A stretch of 41,003 bases of DNA from Nanobdellota archaeon (GTDB lineage: Archaea > Nanobdellota > Nanobdellia > Woesearchaeales > CAZZGN01). The translations under genes and the position numbers were made by a program. Positions 36,350 through 41,003 of the stretch are shown here, in pieces. The notes beneath the pieces were generated by a model that was not told where the DNA came from, did not search any database, and worked only from the letters and a program-made list of their open reading frames with translations. Within the stretch, counting starts at the first letter, position 1, and every line of letters starts with the position of its first letter. The stretch spans positions 1-41,003 of the forward strand of contig JBNJDG010000009.1 of the NCBI GenBank assembly GCA_051819665.1. Direction: 5' to 3'.

Positions 36350-37177
36350 ATGGCAAAAAACATCCTTTTCAGGAACATCCTCGGGGAGTTCGTTCTCGAT
36401 CCCCAGCTGCAGATCACAAAGAAGGACAAAAAGCATGTAAGAGAACCTGAAGATAAAGAGCTTCTCCCTATACTCGAGAAGTTCAGGAAAGAGGAATACC
36501 TTAAGCAGTTCAGGGAAAAGAACATCTCTATCACGAAGAAGAAGATAAAAGAGTCATTCAGCAAGGACTCTTCACTTATCCAGTCCAGCAATTCCATCGA
36601 AGAGATCACCAGGACAATTAACACCCATGTGAAAAGGCTGAGGGAATGGACCTCTCTCTCAATGCCGGAGAAAAGCAGGAGATTAACAGATAATAAGATC
36701 TTCGTCGAAGAAATAGCAAAGACAGAAGGGCCGGAAGAGAAAGATACGATGAGCATAAGGCCGCAGCAGGTTCATCTCGAGCAGCTGAGATCCTTCGCCA
36801 GGATGATCAAGAAGATGTATGATGAAAAGGAGACGATGGAAAAATACCTTGAGAAGGGCATGGAACAACTATGTCCTAATCTGAGTTATGTTGCCGGGCC
36901 CACTATAGGTGCCAGACTTCTCTCCTACGCCGGTTCATTGAAAAGGCTTGCCATCTCGCCTGCCTCTAAGATACAGCTCTTGGGTGCAGAATCAGCTCTT
37001 TTCAGGCATCTTAAGACAGGAGCCAGGGGACCGAAGCATGGGCTGATACACGAACATCCGAAAGTCCAGCAGGCAGGCAACAAAGGCAAAGCTGCGAGGA
37101 GACTTGCAGATAAGATCTCGATAGCTTCAAGAGTGGATTATTTCAAGGGAGAGTTTTACGGGGATAAACTTGTATAA
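36350..37177 (+). CDS. nop5: Nop5/Nop56-58 C/D-box sRNP protein (short)
   Basis: RLREW, CPNLSYVAGPTIGARLL, PASKIQLLGAESALFRHL, PKHGLI, GKAARRLADKISIASRVDYF. Confidence 0.9.
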   Translation: MAKNILFRNILGEFVLDPQLQITKKDKKHVREPEDKELLPILEKFRKEEYLKQFREKNISITKKKIKESFSKDSSLIQSSNSIEEITRTINTHVKRLREWTSLSMPEKSRRLTDNKIFVEEIAKTEGPEEKDTMSIRPQQVHLEQLRSFARMIKKMYDEKETMEKYLEKGMEQLCPNLSYVAGPTIGARLLSYAGSLKRLAISPASKIQLLGAESALFRHLKTGARGPKHGLIHEHPKVQQAGNKGKAARRLADKISIASRVDYFKGEFYGDKLV

Positions 37178-37523
37178 GAACATCATAATAGCCTTCGGGA
37201 TAGGTATTGCGATTTTCATAACACTCTCTATGAATTTTGGGAACAGCACTGTCTTCATACTCTACGGGATGCTCTCGCTCATACTCTCAGCAACATTATT
37301 CATAATCAAGAGACTCTACAACAAGGAAGTAAGAGTATTTTTGGGGAGGACAGGCAAACTTTTCCTCTATACTACAATCGTCTTCGCGGCATGCCTTACC
37401 TTCCTCACTCTTGGCAAGAGAACATTGCTGATAATCTTCTCGATCTTCGGGTCTTTGATGTTCGCAATATCCTTCCTCAAGGCCATGATATTCAGCTTAA
37501 AAGCAACAGGTAAACTAAAATGA
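37170..37523 (+). CDS. Small 4-TM membrane protein
   Basis: Four hydrophobic segments; overlaps both the nop5 stop and the fibrillarin start; TTG start is uncertain. Confidence 0.6.
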   Translation: MYKNIIIAFGIGIAIFITLSMNFGNSTVFILYGMLSLILSATLFIIKRLYNKEVRVFLGRTGKLFLYTTIVFAACLTFLTLGKRTLLIIFSIFGSLMFAISFLKAMIFSLKATGKLK

Positions 37524-38179
37524 AACAATTCAAACACTTCAAAGGAGTCTACGGGGACAAGAACAGGATCTATACCAAGAACCTGATTCCTGGTAAGACA
37601 GTATATGATGAAAGATTGGTCAAGTCAGGCGGAGAAGAATTCAGGGAATTCAACCATAATAAGAGCAAACTGGGTGCAGGTCTCCTCAAAGGCCTCTCCC
37701 AAGTAGGTATAAAACCAGGCTCTGTTGTACTATACTTAGGCGCCAGTACAGGGACAACGGTCTCCCATGTATCAGACATAGTAGGTAAGGAGGGTTTCAT
37801 CTTCGCGCTTGACTTCGCACCGAGAGTGGTCAGGGATCTTGTATTCCTGGCAGAGGAAAGGCCCAACATCGCCCCTATGCTCGAAGATGCTTTCCATCCT
37901 GAAGGATATACAGACAAGACAAGCTCTGTGGATGTCATATTCCAGGACATAGCCCAGAGGAACCAGGTTGATATATTCATGAAGAATGTTGATATGTTCC
38001 TCGAAGAAGACGGCTTCGCGATACTCGCTCTCAAAGCGAGGTCGTATGATGTCACGTTAAAGCCAGCTATTGTCTTCAGGAAAGTCCGGGCAGAGCTCGA
38101 GAAAAAGATGAAGGTAGTTGATTACAGGTCTCTGGCACCATTCGAGAAAGACCACGCTATCTTCGTATGTAAGAGGTAA
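37520..38179 (+). CDS. flpA: Fibrillarin-like rRNA/tRNA 2'-O-methyltransferase
   Basis: VYDERL, KSKLGA, VLYLGASTGTTVSHVSDIV, QDIAQRNQ, PFEKDH. Confidence 0.96.
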   Translation: MKQFKHFKGVYGDKNRIYTKNLIPGKTVYDERLVKSGGEEFREFNHNKSKLGAGLLKGLSQVGIKPGSVVLYLGASTGTTVSHVSDIVGKEGFIFALDFAPRVVRDLVFLAEERPNIAPMLEDAFHPEGYTDKTSSVDVIFQDIAQRNQVDIFMKNVDMFLEEDGFAILALKARSYDVTLKPAIVFRKVRAELEKKMKVVDYRSLAPFEKDHAIFVCKR

Positions 38180-38181
38180 TC

Positions 38182-38514
38182 ATGAAAAAATTGCTTATGC
38201 TTCCGTTCAGGATATTGTTCTTCCCTTTCAAAGTGCTTGGCAGTATATTCAGGTCCAGGGATAAGAGAGAACATGATCAGATGAAGAAAGACTTCTCCAA
38301 AAAGAAAGAGAAGATAGAGGAGAAGCTTGGTTCAGAGGAGCTCTCTAAGAAGGATGAGAAGAGACTGAAGAAGAAAAAGGAAAAGCTCGAACAGAAAGAG
38401 AAAGACCTCAAGAGGTTCCATAAGCATAAGAAAAAACTTGATAAGGATCCTGACAATATTAAGAAATTCAATAAACAGAAGAGATACGAGAAGAGACTCA
38501 GGAAGAAGGTCTGA
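38182..38514 (+). CDS. Highly basic Lys-rich coiled-coil protein with amphipathic N-terminus
   Basis: MKKLLMLPFRILFFPFKVLGSIF followed by K/E-rich helices; starts 3 nt after the fibrillarin stop. Confidence 0.6.
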   Translation: MKKLLMLPFRILFFPFKVLGSIFRSRDKREHDQMKKDFSKKKEKIEEKLGSEELSKKDEKRLKKKKEKLEQKEKDLKRFHKHKKKLDKDPDNIKKFNKQKRYEKRLRKKV

Positions 38515-38589
38515 AAAATAAATGACTTTCAGTATTCTTGCAGAAAAAGATTTAAACCCGTAACCAATCCCGTCCTATGAGGTGGGAAA

Positions 38590-40182
38590 ATGACAGATCA
38601 ACCAGTATTCATTCTGCCGGAAGGAAGCCAGAGAACGACCGGTAAAAACGCTCAAAGCTTAAACATACAGGCTGCAAGACAGGTAGCTGATTCAATAAGA
38701 TCCACTTTAGGACCTAAAGGCATGGATAAGATGCTTGTGGATTCTGCAGGAGGCATAACCGTAACAAATGATGGTGTTACGATACTTAATGAGATGGAGA
38801 TCGAGAATCCTGCTGCAAGGATGATCATCGAGATTGCAAAGACACAGGAGAATGAGGTCGGAGACGGCACCACAACAGCAGTAGTCATAGCCGGCGAGAT
38901 GCTCAAAGAGGCCGAGACACTATTATCACAGAACATTCACCCGACCGTGCTGGCGAAAGGATACAGGATCGCTGCAGAGAAATCGAAAGAGAAGATAAAA
39001 GAGCTCTCGAAAGATATAACTTACGAGGATACCGAGCTTTTGAAGAAGATAGCCATAACCGCGATGACAGGTAAAGGAACTGAATATTCAAAGGAAAGAC
39101 TCGCGGATCTGACTGTCAAGGCCGCACAGGAAGTCTATGAGAACGGTCTTGATAAGGATAATATAACTTTAGAGAAGAAAGTTGAAGGCAGTGTTGATGA
39201 TACAAGGCTCATCAAGGGAATAGTCCTTGACAAAGAGAGGGTCCATTCAAGCATGCCTTCAGAAGTAAAGGATGCCAGGATAGCTCTCCTTGATCTTTCC
39301 CTCGAAGTGAGGAATACAGAGATGGACTCTAAGATAGAGATCACTGATCCGAGCCAGATGCAGGAATATCTCGACAAGGAGGAAGGGATGCTCAAGGAGA
39401 TGGTGGACAAGATAAGGAAATCAGGTGCCAATGTAGTGATGTGCCAGAAAGGCATCGATGATATAGCACAGCATTTCCTTGCCAGGCAAGGCATTTACGC
39501 TGTGAGAAGGGTGAAGAGGAGCAGCATGGTGAAGCTGTCCAAAGCCACCGGCGCAAAGATAATCTCCGATCTTGATGACCTCAGCGAGAACGATGTAGGG
39601 AGAGCAGGTTCTGTGAAAGGAAAGAATGTCGGAGAGGAAGAGATGACCTTTGTCGAGGAGTGCTCAGATCCGAAAGCAGTGACCATGCTCATAAAGGGCG
39701 GTACTGAACATATTGTCTCGGAAGTCAAAAGAGCACTTGAAGATGCTATAGGAGATATATCCTCAGCTATCAATACCAGGAAATTCGTGCCGGGTGCAGC
39801 CTCCGCTGAGATGGAAGTATCAAGATACCTGGCGAATTATGCCTCCTCACTCAGCGGAAGGGAACAACTTGCTGTTAAATCATTCGCTAATGCTCTTGAG
39901 ATTATTCCCAGGATCCTGGCAGAGAACGCCGGTCTGGACCCTATCGATACTCTGGCCAGGCTGAAATCCTCGCATGAGAAGGGCAATTCTTCCACAGGTA
40001 TAGATGCATTCAAGGGAGATATAATCGACTCAACAGAATACGGAATCATCGAGCCTGAGAAGATCAAGTCACAGGCTATCTCCTCAGCAGTAGAAGTGGC
40101 AACGATGATCCTGAGGATTGACGATGTAATTATGTCCGGCCAGGAGAATAGTCATCAGATGGAGACGAACCGAAACATTTAA
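38590..40182 (+). CDS. ths: Thermosome (group II chaperonin) subunit
   Basis: [51 protein letters not shown]. Confidence 0.96.
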   Translation: MTDQPVFILPEGSQRTTGKNAQSLNIQAARQVADSIRSTLGPKGMDKMLVDSAGGITVTNDGVTILNEMEIENPAARMIIEIAKTQENEVGDGTTTAVVIAGEMLKEAETLLSQNIHPTVLAKGYRIAAEKSKEKIKELSKDITYEDTELLKKIAITAMTGKGTEYSKERLADLTVKAAQEVYENGLDKDNITLEKKVEGSVDDTRLIKGIVLDKERVHSSMPSEVKDARIALLDLSLEVRNTEMDSKIEITDPSQMQEYLDKEEGMLKEMVDKIRKSGANVVMCQKGIDDIAQHFLARQGIYAVRRVKRSSMVKLSKATGAKIISDLDDLSENDVGRAGSVKGKNVGEEEMTFVEECSDPKAVTMLIKGGTEHIVSEVKRALEDAIGDISSAINTRKFVPGAASAEMEVSRYLANYASSLSGREQLAVKSFANALEIIPRILAENAGLDPIDTLARLKSSHEKGNSSTGIDAFKGDIIDSTEYGIIEPEKIKSQAISSAVEVATMILRIDDVIMSGQENSHQMETNRNI

Positions 40183-40220
40183 ATAGTTATATTGAGGAAT
40201 TCAGGTTTGAGGTAGGGATA

Positions 40221-40970
40221 ATGCAGGAAGACGAAAAGGAAGATAAGAACTACGATTTGATGCCTCACAAGGAGATTGTAAGGCTGAAAGAAGAAGTAGA
40301 GAAATTAAAGAAGAATCCTCTTGGTAAAAGCAAATCAGCCAAGGACCTTAAAGAGGCCGTGGAATCCCTGAGAGAGTCCATAGGGGAACTTGTTGAAGTC
40401 TTCAAGAACGCTTCTGATACTCTCAAGAAAGAGGAGAAGAAGGAAAAAGAGGGTGAATCTCAGGATCTCAAGCCCATGATGGACAAGCTCAACACTCTCG
40501 TCGATCAGAATAAGCAGATAGCTGAGGGCCTTGTCTCAATCGCAGAGCTTGTCAAGAAAGAGAAGAACGAGTTCACTAATTTTGAGAAGAAATTCGATAG
40601 CAATAAGCCTGGACAGGGAGCTTCAGGAAGTTCCAGAGGAATGTTCCCGCAAGGCGGAGGTCCTATGCCTGCAGGAAAGAGCAGGAACATCCCGCCTAAC
40701 CCGAACGCAATGCCTAATTATCCTCCAAACCAGGGAGGCAATAAACCCCCTAGTTTCAACATGCCCCCTAATAATAATCAGCAGAGAGGTCCTATGCCTC
40801 CGCCACCGCCGGGAGGACAGAAAAACAATATGCCACCTCCTCCTGGAGGCAATAACCAGCGGGGACCCATGCCTCCGCCACCGGGAGGACAGGGTGGTAA
40901 TGCTCCACCTCCACCTGGAGGGATGCCTCCGCCACCGCCGGGGCAGGATAAAGATAAGAAAAAGAAATGA
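40221..40970 (+). CDS. Coiled-coil protein with polyproline/Gly repeat tail
   Basis: Heptad-rich first ~125 aa, then repeated (M/A)PPPP(P)G(G) units. Confidence 0.7.
   Translation: MQEDEKEDKNYDLMPHKEIVRLKEEVEKLKKNPLGKSKSAKDLKEAVESLRESIGELVEVFKNASDTLKKEEKKEKEGESQDLKPMMDKLNTLVDQNKQIAEGLVSIAELVKKEKNEFTNFEKKFDSNKPGQGASGSSRGMFPQGGGPMPAGKSRNIPPNPNAMPNYPPNQGGNKPPSFNMPPNNNQQRGPMPPPPPGGQKNNMPPPPGGNNQRGPMPPPPGGQGGNAPPPPGGMPPPPPGQDKDKKKK
40794..40937 (+). repeat. Intragenic direct repeats encoding polyproline units
   Basis: ATGCCTCCGCCACCG at 40794, 40869 and 40923. Confidence 0.75.
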
Positions 40971-41003
40971 AAATGGAGAGAGAGGACTACCTCAGGCTGT
41001 TCT
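40967..41003 (+). CDS. Start of a CDS cut by the window edge
   Basis: ATGA overlap with the previous stop; MKMEREDYLRLF... Confidence 0.4.
   Translation, partial: MKMEREDYLRLF

Overview
This is a gene-dense archaeal chromosomal segment. Archaeal informational genes (aIF2-gamma, eS6, Cdc6/Orc1, Nop5, fibrillarin, thermosome, Pth2, Trm11, Nip7-like), GAGGTGA Shine-Dalgarno motifs, TATA-box promoters and apparently leaderless genes establish the domain. The many small hypotheticals and bacterial-looking metabolic and signalling genes suggest a DPANN/Woesearchaeota-like organism (inference, not tested). Housekeeping blocks include pgk, ahcY with adenosine kinase, rps6e-eif2g, pyrG-secF-secD-pyrH, nop5-fibrillarin and thermosome. 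I saw no rRNA, tRNA, CRISPR array, transposase or integrase. Main observations: (1) a ~4 kb accessory patch (20.9-24.8 kb) where an 11-bp motif, GACACTGGACA, occurs three times, each exactly 13 nt upstream of a TATA-like octamer and in front of a damaged accessory gene (truncated KilA-N, probably frameshifted small ORF, PIN fragment); (2) a RimB-like protease/RimK(-AbrB) pair next to a bacterial-type two-component cluster whose regulator is wHTH-REC-degenerate GGDEF; (3) a membrane-anchored tandem GILT-like thiol-reductase protein with a teneurin-like Cys/Asp motif; (4) a tandem pair of catalytically degenerate HIT proteins; (5) several small ORFs below the track cut-off, including a zinc-ribbon peptide coupled to cspA. 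All family calls come from motif recognition by eye; no searches were run.
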